64,000 bases of DNA from Candidatus Eiseniibacteriota bacterium (GTDB lineage Bacteria > Eisenbacteria > RBG-16-71-46 > CAVPCR01 > CBDCWB01): contig OZ244990.1 in assembly GCA_965223205.1 (NCBI GenBank), positions 2,690,724-2,754,723 of the forward strand, in the 5' to 3' direction. Below are positions 9,499-20,100 of this stretch, piece by piece. How positions within the stretch are numbered: position 1 is the stretch's first letter; each line of letters starts with the position of its first letter. The position numbers were made by a program, and so were the translations under genes. The notes below the pieces were generated by a model, which was given only the letters and a program-made list of their open reading frames with translations, made no database searches and had not been told where the DNA came from.

Positions 9499-10608
9499 AT
9501 GGATTTGCGCGCAGTGCTTACAGCGGTGGTCGAACGCGGCGCTTCAGACTTGCATCTGAAGGCCGGGCAGCCGCCCTTCCTGCGGATCAACGGCTCGCTC
9601 CAGAGCCTCGATCACGAACCGGTCTCGGCGCGGGAACTGGAGGCGGTTGGGGACCAGCTCCTCACCGCTGAACAGCGCGCCGAATTCAACACCACCCACG
9701 AGATCGACTTTGCGTTTGGCGTCGCCGGTTTGGCCCGGTTTCGTTCCAATTTCTACCGGCAGCGCGGCACGGTGGCGATGGTCTTTCGGCGGGTTTCAGG
9801 GACCCAAGAGCTGAGTCTCGAGGCCCTCAACTTGCCGCCGGTGCTCGCCAAGATCGCCGAGTACCCGCGCGGGCTGGTCTTGGTCACCGGTACCGTCGGC
9901 AGCGGTAAGTCGACGACCTTGGCGTCGATGATGCACCACATCAACTGCACCTCCCGCAAAAACATCTTGACCCTCGAGGATCCCATCGAGCACCTGTTCG
10001 TCGATGACCAGAGCTACATCAGCCAGCGCGAGGTGGGGCTGGATACCCACAGCTTCGCTGCGGGCCTAAAGCACATTCTCCGGCAGGATCCGGACGTCAT
10101 CATGATCGGCGAAATCCGCGAGCGCGAGACCATGGAAATCGCCCTCACCGCCGCGGACACCGGTCACCTGGTGTTCTCGACCCTGCACACCATCGACGCC
10201 GCCGAGACCATTGCGCGTATCCTCAGCTTCTACCCACCCCACGAGCACCAGGGCGTGCGCTACATGATGTCCTCGACCCTCAAGGCGGTGGTGTCGCAGC
10301 GGCTCATTCCGCGCAAGGATCGGGCAGGTCGCGTACCGGCGGTCGAGGTGATGATCAATACGCGCTCCATCGGTGAGTCGATTCTGGATCCGGAGAAGTC
10401 ACACTTGATGAACCAGGTGATGCAAGAGGGGTTCACCACCCACGGCATGCAGACGTTCGACCAGGCACTCATGCAGCACTACACCCGCGACCTCATCAGT
10501 TTGGAGACGGCGCTTCACTACTGCTCGAACCCCACCGAGTTCGATCTGCGCGTCAAGGGGATCCACTCGACCTCCGACCAGACCTGGGATTCGTTCGAAG
10601 CGGCCTAG
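9499..10608 (+). CDS. pilT: type IV pilus twitching-motility ATPase PilT
   Basis: Walker A (GLVLVTGTVGSGKSTTLASMM), the Asp box / Walker B (DPDVIMIGEIRE), His box (TGHLVFSTLHT) and the PilT-type C-terminus. The start was chosen at the ATG after the upstream stop. Confidence 0.85.
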   Translation: MDLRAVLTAVVERGASDLHLKAGQPPFLRINGSLQSLDHEPVSARELEAVGDQLLTAEQRAEFNTTHEIDFAFGVAGLARFRSNFYRQRGTVAMVFRRVSGTQELSLEALNLPPVLAKIAEYPRGLVLVTGTVGSGKSTTLASMMHHINCTSRKNILTLEDPIEHLFVDDQSYISQREVGLDTHSFAAGLKHILRQDPDVIMIGEIRERETMEIALTAADTGHLVFSTLHTIDAAETIARILSFYPPHEHQGVRYMMSSTLKAVVSQRLIPRKDRAGRVPAVEVMINTRSIGESILDPEKSHLMNQVMQEGFTTHGMQTFDQALMQHYTRDLISLETALHYCSNPTEFDLRVKGIHSTSDQTWDSFEAA

Positions 10609-10633
10609 CCGGCGCAGCTCGAACCATGCGAAG

Positions 10634-10668
10634 GGGCCCCGCTCTGACCAGCAGAGCGGGGCCTTTGA
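10634..10668 (+). terminator. Rho-independent terminator after pilT
   Basis: Stem GGCCCCGCTCTG / CAGAGCGGGGCC around a short loop, followed by TTTGATTGTT. Confidence 0.5.
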
Positions 10669-10709
10669 TTGTTATATACTGCCTGACGCAAACTTAAGCG
10701 CGAGGGAGT

Positions 10710-12083
10710 TTGGTGTTCGACAAAATACTTGTGGCTAACCGCGGCGAGATCGCCGTGCGCGTGATCCGGGCCTGCCAGGAGTTGGGTGTCGCCACGGTGG
10801 CCATCTACTCCGAGGCCGACCGCGACTCGCTGCACGTCGTGCTGGCCGACGAGGCTGTGTGCATCGGTCCCCCGGCGCCCGGCCACAGCTACTTGCATGT
10901 GCCGCGGGTTATCTCGGCTGCCGAGATTACCGGCTGCGAGGCCGTGCATCCGGGTTACGGCTTCCTTGCCGAAAATGCCCACTTTGCGGAGGTCTGTGAG
11001 TCGCACGGCGTGCGCTTCATTGGGCCGTCGGCCGCGATGATCCACGAAATGGGCGACAAAGCCCGCGCCCGCGCCGTCATGCACGCTGCCGGCGTGCCGG
11101 TGGTACCAGGCTCTGAGGGCGTGGTGGCTGACTTGGAGGAGGCCCGCCGCGTCGCTGCCGAAGTCGGCTACCCGGTGATGATCAAGGCGGTGGCCGGCGG
11201 CGGTGGCAAAGGGATGCGCATCGCCCGCGATCCCCAGTCGTTGGAAAACGGCTTCCGCGTCGCCTCGGCCGAGGCCGAGGCGACCTTCGGCAACGGGGCG
11301 CTCTACCTGGAGCGCTTCATCGAGCGGCCCCGCCACATCGAAATCCAACTGCTCGGTGACGCGCACGGCAATGTGATCCACCTCTACGAGCGCGACTGCT
11401 CGATCCAGCGGCGCAACCAAAAGCTCCTGGAGGAGGCGCCGGCCCCCGGTCTTCCGGCGGCGGTGCGCGATGCGATGACTCAAGCCGCGGTGTCGGGCGC
11501 CCAACGCATCCGCTACGCCTCCGCTGGTACCATCGAGTTCTTGGTGGATGAGGACTTCAACTACTACTTCATGGAGATGAACACGCGCATCCAGGTGGAA
11601 CACCCTGTCACCGAAATGCTGACCGGCTTCGATCTGGTCAAGGCGCAGATTCGGGTGGCGGCCGGGGAGCGCCTGTGGATCGAGCAGTCAGACGTGGCCA
11701 TGCGGGAGCACGTCATCGAATGTCGCATCAATGCCGAGGACCCCGAGCGCGATTTTCAACCCAGCCCCGGCGAAGTCACCTACTACCACAGCCCGGGTGG
11801 CCCGGGGGTGCGAGTCGAGTCGCACTTGTTCACCGGCTACCGCGTGCCGCCGTACTATGACTCCATGGTCATCAAGATTTTGGCGCGCGGTGGAACACGG
11901 GACGAGGCCATCTTGCGCATGCAGCGCGCCTTGGGCGAGTGCGTCGTCGAGGGGATCGCGACCACCATTCCCTTTCAGGAGCGCGTCATGCGCGATCCTG
12001 ATTTCCGGGCCGGCGGCGTTTCGACGCGCTTCATTGACGACCTGCTGCACCCCAAGGAGGCCGTCCCAACCGCCGATGCCTAA
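10710..12083 (+). CDS. accC: acetyl-CoA carboxylase biotin carboxylase subunit
   Basis: FDKILVANRGEIAVRVIRAC … ATP-grasp motifs … EMNTRIQVEHPVTE. An RBS (AGGGAG) precedes a TTG/GTG start. Confidence 0.95.
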   Translation: MVFDKILVANRGEIAVRVIRACQELGVATVAIYSEADRDSLHVVLADEAVCIGPPAPGHSYLHVPRVISAAEITGCEAVHPGYGFLAENAHFAEVCESHGVRFIGPSAAMIHEMGDKARARAVMHAAGVPVVPGSEGVVADLEEARRVAAEVGYPVMIKAVAGGGGKGMRIARDPQSLENGFRVASAEAEATFGNGALYLERFIERPRHIEIQLLGDAHGNVIHLYERDCSIQRRNQKLLEEAPAPGLPAAVRDAMTQAAVSGAQRIRYASAGTIEFLVDEDFNYYFMEMNTRIQVEHPVTEMLTGFDLVKAQIRVAAGERLWIEQSDVAMREHVIECRINAEDPERDFQPSPGEVTYYHSPGGPGVRVESHLFTGYRVPPYYDSMVIKILARGGTRDEAILRMQRALGECVVEGIATTIPFQERVMRDPDFRAGGVSTRFIDDLLHPKEAVPTADA

Positions 12084-12205
12084 AGTAGTTTCTAGGCACT
12101 AACATCCATATTTACAAGGCGTTATTAGATTTATCTGGCAACTCTGGTGGCGGCCAGTAAACTCTCCCGGTGGTGTGACCGCCACGGGAAGGGTGGGGCT
12201 GGCGG

Positions 12206-12913
12206 ATGAACCAGGTCGACAACCCGCGTTCCAGAGCCAACGACGAGCCGCATCGCGGCCCCCGGGGGGGCGTGGCCCTCGGTCGCCTGTACGCCATCCT
12301 AGAGGGCGACCAGCTCGACCCCCATGCCGCCGAAGCTGCCGCTCATGCCGCTGCTCAGGGCGGCGCCAATCCCATCCAGCTGCGCGCCAAGCGACTATCC
12401 GACCGTGATTTGTATGCCCTGGCTAAGGCACTTCGCGAGCGCCTCGCGGGGGTCGGGGCGCAACTGATCGTCAACGACCACCTCGATGTGGCGCGCGCCG
12501 CTGGTGCCGCGGGCGTCCACCTCGGCGACGACGACCTGCCGACACGGTTGGCCCGGCGCTATTGGCCGGACGGCTGGATCGGCCGCACCGTCCGGACCGC
12601 GGAAGCCGCCCGGCGCGCCGCTGCTGCCGGCGCCGACTATCTGGGCGTCGGGGCGGTGTTCCGAAGTCAGACAAAGGGGTCGGCGCCGGTCATCGGTTTG
12701 GCGGGGCTCGGTCGGGTATGCCGAGCGACGGCGCTGCCGGTCGTGGCGATTGGGGGGATCGATCGGGCGACCGCTAGCCGATGTCTCCTGGAGGGGGCGC
12801 GGGCGGTGGCGGTCTCACGAGCGCTCTTTGCTACCGCCGACCAGGCGCCGCCGCCGGCTGTGATCCAGGCGCGAGCCGCCCGGCTTTGCGAGGCGATGGA
12901 GAATCCAGAATGA
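12206..12913 (+). CDS. thiE: thiamine-phosphate synthase
   Basis: LYAILEGD … IQLRAK … LIVNDHLDVARAAGAAGVHLGDDDLP … GADYLGVGAVF … VVAIGGI. Confidence 0.85.
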   Translation: MNQVDNPRSRANDEPHRGPRGGVALGRLYAILEGDQLDPHAAEAAAHAAAQGGANPIQLRAKRLSDRDLYALAKALRERLAGVGAQLIVNDHLDVARAAGAAGVHLGDDDLPTRLARRYWPDGWIGRTVRTAEAARRAAAAGADYLGVGAVFRSQTKGSAPVIGLAGLGRVCRATALPVVAIGGIDRATASRCLLEGARAVAVSRALFATADQAPPPAVIQARAARLCEAMENPE

Positions 12914-14586
12914 GTCGGTGGATGACCAAAGCGTCGGGTGATCTACGCCTTCACCTTCAAGCCGTGGAAGAGCGCCGGCTGGTGGCCGTGCGCGCCGAGA
13001 TTGCCGGAGTTCTGGCACCGGAGTCACGTGGCTTGGCGGCCTACCGCCGGCACTATGAGCAGGCGCTTCGCGGGCCTGGCGTGCCCGTCACCCTGAGGGT
13101 GATCACCGACCACGCCGTGCGCTCCAAGGTGACTCTCATCGGTGACTACCACACGCTGGCCGAGGCCCAGCGGGCGGCCACGCAGTTAGCCGCTGCTGTC
13201 GGCCGCCAGCGCCGCGTGGCCTTAGGCCTCGAAATGGTCCGTGCCGAGTACCAAGGCGCCCTGGACCGCTACGTGGGCGGCGAACTCTCCGACGCCGAGT
13301 TCTTGAGCGCCGCCCAACTTGCCGAACATTGGCCGTTTTCCTGGAGCCACTACCGCCCCATCCTCGCGCTGGCGCGCCGGCACGGGTGGCGCGCGCTCGC
13401 CCTGGACGGCCCGGGCACCCTGGCGCAGCGCGACAACCGCGTGGCGCGGCGGCTGGCGGCCAGCTTGAAGCGCCGCCCCGACGAAGTGCACGTGGTCTTG
13501 ATCGGCGACCACCACTTGGCCCCCGATCACTTGCCGCGCGCCCTTTTGAAGTTGACCGGGCCGTTGCCGATGGTCGTCGTCCATCAGAATGAACCCGAGC
13601 TCTACGAGCGGTTGGTGGCGCGCGGCATCGAGAGTTCGGTGCCGGCCGTCCGCCTGGGGCCCGGGCGCTTCTGTGTGTTCAATGCCACGCCGCTGCGCCG
13701 CGAACAGTCCTACTTGGCCTGGATCGAGTCGCGCTGGGCCGAGGTCCCGGTGGCCGTCGGTGACCCCACCTCCGAACTCGCCGGTGCCCAAGAGCGCCTG
13801 GCCGAAGCGCTGGGGCTGGACCCGCTTGCCTCGCCGCCGGCGGTGGTCGAGACGCTGGAGTTTCTCCGCGAACTCGGCGGTCAACCACCGGAGCGCATCG
13901 CCTGGTTGCGTCGCCAGCTCGTCGAGCGCGGCTACGCCCTGGTCCCGGAGCTGGAGCTGGCTTATCTCTACCGGCCCGACTTCGACGTTCTGGCCGAGCT
14001 GGCGATGTTGGCCTTTGTCTATGCGGCTGACGGGCGATCGCCGACTTTGAGCGCGGGAAAGGCGCTGGATGGCGCCGACTGGCTCCGGCAGACGCGCCAC
14101 GAGGCGCTGGCGTACCTGGGCTCCCTGCTTCTGCATCCCCTCCGGCAACCGGCTGGCGCCCGGGGGGCGCCGCGCTGGGCGATCTTCTTGCGCCAACTGT
14201 TCCAGCGCGGCGTCGCGCTGCCCCGCGTGGAAGCGCCGGCGGTTACCCCGGCGCCGGCGGCTGCGTGCAAGGCGGCCCGCACGATTGGTCAAGAACTCGG
14301 TGCCCAGCTGTTCGACCGACTGGCGACCAACCGCCTGGCCGTCGCCGACCTTCACGCGTTCTTGGCGGCCGGCGCCGGCGGCGACGAATGCCGCCTTGCT
14401 GCCCACCTGGCTCGCCTGGCTGGCGTCGAACGCTGGTCTAGCGACCGCGCTCGGCCCGCCGAAAGAGCCACAGCCCAATCCCAGCAAAGACCAGGTTGGC
14501 CGACCAAGCGGCCACAACTGGCGGCAGGGCACCACCGTGCCCGAGGGCTTGCCCGGCGCGCAGTGCGCAGTAGTAAAGAAAGCTGA
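12910..14586 (+). CDS. ChaN/Tiki/TraB-superfamily protein (Cofac_haem_bdg-like) with a long low-complexity C-terminal extension
   Basis: ATGA-coupled to the thiE stop. Contains the ChaN-like GDYH…VALGLEMV…DRYVGGELSDAEF block and a second (V)VLIGDHHL block. The last roughly 50 aa overlap the convergent lptG 3' end. Confidence 0.5.
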   Translation: MSRWMTKASGDLRLHLQAVEERRLVAVRAEIAGVLAPESRGLAAYRRHYEQALRGPGVPVTLRVITDHAVRSKVTLIGDYHTLAEAQRAATQLAAAVGRQRRVALGLEMVRAEYQGALDRYVGGELSDAEFLSAAQLAEHWPFSWSHYRPILALARRHGWRALALDGPGTLAQRDNRVARRLAASLKRRPDEVHVVLIGDHHLAPDHLPRALLKLTGPLPMVVVHQNEPELYERLVARGIESSVPAVRLGPGRFCVFNATPLRREQSYLAWIESRWAEVPVAVGDPTSELAGAQERLAEALGLDPLASPPAVVETLEFLRELGGQPPERIAWLRRQLVERGYALVPELELAYLYRPDFDVLAELAMLAFVYAADGRSPTLSAGKALDGADWLRQTRHEALAYLGSLLLHPLRQPAGARGAPRWAIFLRQLFQRGVALPRVEAPAVTPAPAAACKAARTIGQELGAQLFDRLATNRLAVADLHAFLAAGAGGDECRLAAHLARLAGVERWSSDRARPAERATAQSQQRPGWPTKRPQLAAGHHRARGLARRAVRSSKES

Positions 14587-15517
14587 TCGCCAGGCTCAGC
14601 CCGAAGCCGAGCGCCATCCCCCCGCGCCTGACCCGAGTTGACAGCGATGCACCCACCAGGACGGTGATGAAGTTGATGAGCGGAAAAGCCACTTTGGCAT
14701 GCATGTCGACCACGTACTGGGTGGCGTCTGACCCCGACAACTTGAGGCGGCGGATCCACCGCCTCAACTCTCCGAAGCCCATCTGGTCGGGCTTGCGCGT
14801 TTCCTTCGCGAAGTCCTCCGGGGTCTCGGCTGCCGACAACAACAGCTGGGCGTGGTAGCCGGTGGTCAGCGCATCACCATCGAACAGCCGTTCGGTCACC
14901 CGGTTGAGTTGCCAGGCGCCCAACTGCCAGGTGGCGGTGGAAGCGTCCAGGCGGCGTCTGAGCGAACTCCCAAGGAACTCTTGGATGACCACCCCACGCA
15001 TCAGGTTCTGCTTGGGGTCAAAGGAGTTGATCAGATAGATGCGGCCGCCCGCGCCAATGTAGCGAATGTTCCGCAGCCGGCTCTCTCGGGCTGGCGGCCG
15101 CCCGCGGATCTCGACGTTATAGATCTCCTCACGCCGGTAGTTGGCTTCTGGGATGATGCTTTGCTCGAACCAGCTGGCTAGGGCCGAGACCGCCAGCGCC
15201 AGGGCGAACACGGCGGCGAAGGCGCGGCGCAAGCTAACCCCGGCCATCAGCATGGCGGTGAGCTCGTGCTGGCGCGCAAACCTCCCGAGGGCCATCAGGC
15301 TGGCGAGCAGCATGGCGACCGGCAGGATCTGTTGGAGGACGAACGGCAGATAGTATAGGTAGAAGCGCAGGATGGTGGTCAGCGGAGTCTTGTTGTCGAC
15401 GAATTTGTCGATCTTCTCGAACACATCGACGACGACAAAGATGCCGAGGAAGGCCACCACCCCCATCGCTAAGTAGGCGAGGAATTCGCGCAAGAGGTAG
15501 CGATCGAGGATTCTCAA
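14438..15517 (-). CDS. LPS export ABC transporter permease, LptF/LptG family (LptG-like)
   Basis: YjgP/YjgQ motifs (RILDRYLLREFLAYL…; …MLMAGVSLRRAF…). The proposed TTG start at 15517 overlaps the upstream gene's TGA (TTGA junction). Confidence 0.75.
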   Translation of the reverse strand: MRILDRYLLREFLAYLAMGVVAFLGIFVVVDVFEKIDKFVDNKTPLTTILRFYLYYLPFVLQQILPVAMLLASLMALGRFARQHELTAMLMAGVSLRRAFAAVFALALAVSALASWFEQSIIPEANYRREEIYNVEIRGRPPARESRLRNIRYIGAGGRIYLINSFDPKQNLMRGVVIQEFLGSSLRRRLDASTATWQLGAWQLNRVTERLFDGDALTTGYHAQLLLSAAETPEDFAKETRKPDQMGFGELRRWIRRLKLSGSDATQYVVDMHAKVAFPLINFITVLVGASLSTRVRRGGMALGFGLSLAISFLYYCALRAGQALGHGGALPPVVAAWSANLVFAGIGLWLFRRAERGR

Positions 15518-16917
15518 GCGGCCTCGCGCCTGGCGGCCGGCGGGCGGCTGGAGCGGGCCGGCGTCGCCTCGATGGCACGCAGGGTCATCCACAACCCGAG
15601 GCTGCCCAGCACTAGGTTGGCGATCCACATCGCCAGCCACGGCGGCAAGAGCAGGCGGTCGGCCAGCTGCTCGCCGCCGATCAAGCAAATGTAATAGAAC
15701 AAGAAGAACAAGACCGAGACAAAACCTACGGCAACGCCGCCGCGCTTGGCGCGGATCCCTAGCGGTGCCCCAATCAGGACGAACACAACACACGCCACCG
15801 GGATGGCGAACTTCTTGTGTATTTCCACTCGAAAGGCGTTGATGCGCTTTTCCTTGTGCCTGAGGTTCACGAGCTTGACCTGCGCTTGGGCGTGCGCCGC
15901 GCCCGTGAGTACCGCGGTCGAGTCCGCCTGCACCACCGGCGGGGCGACGCGGGGCCCGATGCGAATGACCCCACCCAGAGCGCGCAGCTTATGCCACCAG
16001 GGTGTCTTCGCGGCGTCGCCGACGGCGCGCTCCAAGCCTGGCCGGCCCTCCAGGCCCGCAGTCGCCGCCAGCGTGTCTACCTCCGCCAACATCTTCTGGC
16101 GCTCGGTCTCCAACTCGCCGAGCCGCTCGCGCATCATCTTGGTCGACATCTCCCGGTCGCTTCGGGTCGAACGGTCGGTACGCACGAGGTCCGACGAGAT
16201 GCCCTTGATGTTGATGACGTGCTGGTTGAAGCGCAAGCGCTGATACTTGGTGGTGCGGGCGCCTTCCGGGACTTGATGAATCTCACCATCGTAGAGGGTG
16301 AAGGTGAGTGTTTCACCTCCCTGGCCGTAGGCCAGGTGGCCGCGCTTGGCGATAATCGTCGTCGGCCGGGTGTCCGGCCCTTTCTTTTCGTAGATGGTGA
16401 CGCCGGTCAACTCGGACGTCCGCGGGTCGACTGACTCCACCAGGAGCGAGTAGCCCGGCAGGTCATGGATGAACACCCCTTCGGTGATTTCCAAGGTCGG
16501 GCGCTTGCGGTTGATGTCGGCCAACAAGTTGGCGAATCGGTGGTTGGTCTCCGGCAGGATGTGGTTGTTGAACTTGGTGAGGGCGATGGCTAGCAGCACG
16601 GCTGCCCCGAGCGCCGGTCGCACCACTCGGAACAGATGCACTCCGGCTCCCTTGAGCGCAGTGATCTCATTGTCCTGGGCCATGCGGCCGTAGGCCATCA
16701 GCGGCGCCACCAGTGCCGCGCAAGGGATGGACATGGCACACATCCACCCCAGCCCAAGCAGATACAACTCCAGGACCACGAGGCCCGGCACACCTTTGGT
16801 GAGGAACAGGTCGATGTAGTCGAAGATGAAATCCATCGACAGGAGAAAGGTCACTACCAGGAAGCCGAACAGGAACGGAACCAGGTGTTCGCGCAGTATG
16901 TATTTGTCTAAGGTCAT
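15514..16917 (-). CDS. LPS export ABC transporter permease, LptF/LptG family (LptF-like, with an extended periplasmic insertion)
   Basis: The ATG at 16917 gives MTLDKYILREHLVPFLFGFLVV…; there is a second YjgP/YjgQ core and a charged coiled-coil-like insert of about 120 aa. Confidence 0.75.
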   Translation of the reverse strand: MTLDKYILREHLVPFLFGFLVVTFLLSMDFIFDYIDLFLTKGVPGLVVLELYLLGLGWMCAMSIPCAALVAPLMAYGRMAQDNEITALKGAGVHLFRVVRPALGAAVLLAIALTKFNNHILPETNHRFANLLADINRKRPTLEITEGVFIHDLPGYSLLVESVDPRTSELTGVTIYEKKGPDTRPTTIIAKRGHLAYGQGGETLTFTLYDGEIHQVPEGARTTKYQRLRFNQHVINIKGISSDLVRTDRSTRSDREMSTKMMRERLGELETERQKMLAEVDTLAATAGLEGRPGLERAVGDAAKTPWWHKLRALGGVIRIGPRVAPPVVQADSTAVLTGAAHAQAQVKLVNLRHKEKRINAFRVEIHKKFAIPVACVVFVLIGAPLGIRAKRGGVAVGFVSVLFFLFYYICLIGGEQLADRLLLPPWLAMWIANLVLGSLGLWMTLRAIEATPARSSRPPAARREAA

Positions 16918-17104
16918 CCAGGATCCAACTGTCGCGACGCAGGTTGGGTTCGGTTTCGGCGTCCCCGGCGCGCCCTTGAGCAGCCCATGGTAGGCTGCCG
17001 CGGGTCGCAAAGCGAGTCGGCATAAAAGGTTAGCTGGGGCGTCCCGAAACGGACAAGGCCTTCCTTGCCAGCCCCGTGCGTCTGCCAACTGGGTCTTAGA
17101 AGGC

Positions 17105-20100
17105 ATGCCCCTTTTTGTGCAACCAGGCAACGGGACGCGGCGGCGGGTTGGCTGGCGCCTGGCTGGGGTGCGGGCTCTCTTGGGACTCATCCTTGGGGTG
17201 GGCTGCACCGCGCCGGCCGCTGCCCAAATCGGCTACGGGCGCGAGGCGATCGAGGCGCGCGCCGCCGAAGCCCGGCGCGACTCGGTGAGGATCGTCGGCG
17301 AGGCGGCGGCCGCCGCCACCCACGCGATCCAGGCGCTCCAGGATCAGGTAGACGCCCTCGCCCCAGATCCTCCGGTCGAGGAGCCGTGGACGCCCAAACC
17401 GTCACCAACCCCACCGCAGACGGTCTCACCGGCGCCCGGCGCGGCGGAGACCGCCTCGCCGGTGAGCCGATCAACGACAGCGTCGGCACCAGGCGAGCCT
17501 GGGACCTCCTCGCCGGCCCCGGTTCGTTCGAGGCGGCCCGACGCTGCTCCGGGGAGCGAGTTGTTCCCGGCCCCGGGTGTCCAACCTCGGGCCCCCGGTG
17601 CGCCGGATTCGTTGGCGGCCCAGCCCTCGCCGTCCCCGGAACCGGATGTCGACTGGGTACCGGCGCCCGATGACCAGCCGCGCATCCGCGGCCGGGACCG
17701 CAATTTCGACGATGCCCTAGATGACCTGGTGCCGCCCGGCCGGCGGCTGGTGTCCGCCACCCTCCTCCGCCAGCCCGACGAGAATCGGCTGCGCGAGCGC
17801 CCGGCACTCCTTCCACCCGATGCTGCTTCCCCGGCGGACACGACCGAGGCCGCTCGGGCGGCCAGTTTCCTCTGGGGCTTCCGGCCGCAGGGGAGGTTGG
17901 TGGAGCGCCGCGCCGGACTTTTTGCCCGGGGAGTCCCCGAGGTGGCCGCCGATTTCTATCTGGACGTCCAGCCGGGCGAGCGCCGGAGCGCCATCGACCT
18001 CGACCTGGAGGCTGGCACGGTCAGCCGCGCCGTCCGCATCGGCGAGGTGGAGGTCGAACCTGCCGTCCCGGCGGCGGTCGAATCGCACGTCCAGGACGTC
18101 GTGGTGAGCGGGCGCTGGGTGGATTGGTCGCGCACCGCGCGCTCGGCTGTCGGCCGCACCTTGAATGAGTCGGCGCCCATCGGCTTGCGCGGCGAGGGGG
18201 TCAGCCTGTCGACTGCTATCCCCGAAGTCGAAGTCTTGAAGTCGATCATTGGCGAGAGCAAGGCGGAGATCAACATCCGCGGCACCGAGGTGATCACCGT
18301 CGGTGGGACTTCGAACTGGGACGCCAACCTGACCGAGACCGACACGGCCAGCCAATCGAAGTTTCCGCAGCTCGACCTGAGGCAGGATCTCAACATCCAG
18401 GTGGATGGTCAGGTGGGCGACAAGGTGACGATTGATTGGCGGGAAAACACCGGCGCTGAGACCAGCCTGGCCAACCGGATCAGCATCCGCTACCGGGGCT
18501 ACGAGGACGAGGTGGTCAAGACGGTCGACCTGGGCAACACCTCGCTGTCATTGCCGGGCACCGGGTTTGTGAGCTACAACGGCTCGCATTCCGGCCTCTT
18601 CGGTGTCAAGAGCACTGCCCAACTCGGCGACTTCGACCTGACGGTCATCGCTTCCAAGGAAGAAGGACAAACCGCCAGCGCCAGCATCAACCAGGGAGTC
18701 GAGGAGAGCGTCCGCCGGCTGCATGAACTCAACTACGTCAAGCGTCGCTTTTTCTTCCTGGTCGACCCGGTCGACCCTAAGAACACTGGCCTCTTGCTGG
18801 AGCCAGGGGCCCCCGGCTGGGTGCCACCGCCCGAGATCAGCGACCTGAAAGTGTGGCTGGATGACCGCAATCAGCACAACAATGGAGGGCTGCGTCCCGG
18901 CACGATGTACCTCGACCCCGCTCCGGAAGCGGTCGCCACCGCCGAGGATTCCATCCCGGACGGCGTTTTCGACATCTTGGTATCGCCGACCGACTATCGC
19001 TTACGCACCGACCTGTTCAGCATCGTCGACCAGGAGGGCCAGGCCTACAACTACCCGGTCTTGGACCTGCACCGTGTCGGGCTCGATCGGGACGACTACC
19101 TCGGGGTGACCTTCAAGGCCACCTACCGGACGCCAGGCGGCGGCCAAGAGGTGGTGACCTATGGGTCGGTGCCGTCAGAGCCCAACGCACCGTTGATCTT
19201 GAAGGCGCTGCAGGTGCCACCGGCAAAGATCCAAACCGACCAAGACTTCTTCATCGAGGACGAGTTTTGGGCTCCAACTCTGCGCTTGGCGCTCAAGAAC
19301 ATCTACGACCTGGGCGGTTCGGAGATTGACCCCGCGTCCCTGGTGATCTCTTTGCACTCTGACCTGGGTGCCGAGCCGGAGTTTCTGGGAGACGACGCCA
19401 CGACAACCTTCATCCGCATGTTGGGTGTTGACCGCGAGAGCGTCAACGGCTTCGACGGCTTCGACAACATCATCGACCAGGTGTACCTGAAGCTGGGGGA
19501 AGGGCTGATGGTCTTGCCGGATCTCCGGCCTTTTGCGCCGTCTCGGTTGGACAGCGTCTGGCCGTTCTACTACGGCGACCTCCAGCGTCCAGCCGCCGAC
19601 CCGCGCGGCCGCCCGGCATTCTTTGTCGACGGCGCCGCCAACCGGGCGGCGTACGACAAGCGCAACCCAAACACCGGCCAAGACTCGCGCTACTACTTCG
19701 AAATCAAGTCGCGGTCGAGGCAAAACACCGAGTTTTTTTTGACTGCATCGGGGTCGATCATCGAGGACTCTGAGAGCGTCATCGTCAACGGCCAGCGATT
19801 GAGCCGCGGCCAAGACTACTCGATCGACTACGACACCGGACGGGTGAACATCACCAAGGCAGACTTGCCGTCCGACGCCGACGTGCAGATTGACTACGCC
19901 TTCGCGCCCTTGTTCCAGCTTGGACAGAAGACCTTGATGGGGACGCATGTCGGTTGGAAGCCGGACGAGCGCCGGCGGTTGGGTGCGACCTTCTTGTTCG
20001 AAAGCTCCGGCGTAGCCGACCGCCGCCCCAAGCTGGGGGAGGAACCCTCGCGCATTTTGATCGGTGACGTAAACGGCTCGTTCAAGTTCGAACCGGTGTG

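Noticed and set aside
12084-12205. TPP riboswitch upstream of thiE
   Set aside because: The region has an AT-rich patch followed by a GC-rich stretch, but the conserved TPP-aptamer elements (CUGAGA and ACCUGAUCUGGAUAAUGCCAGCGUAGGGAA-like core) are not present on either strand.
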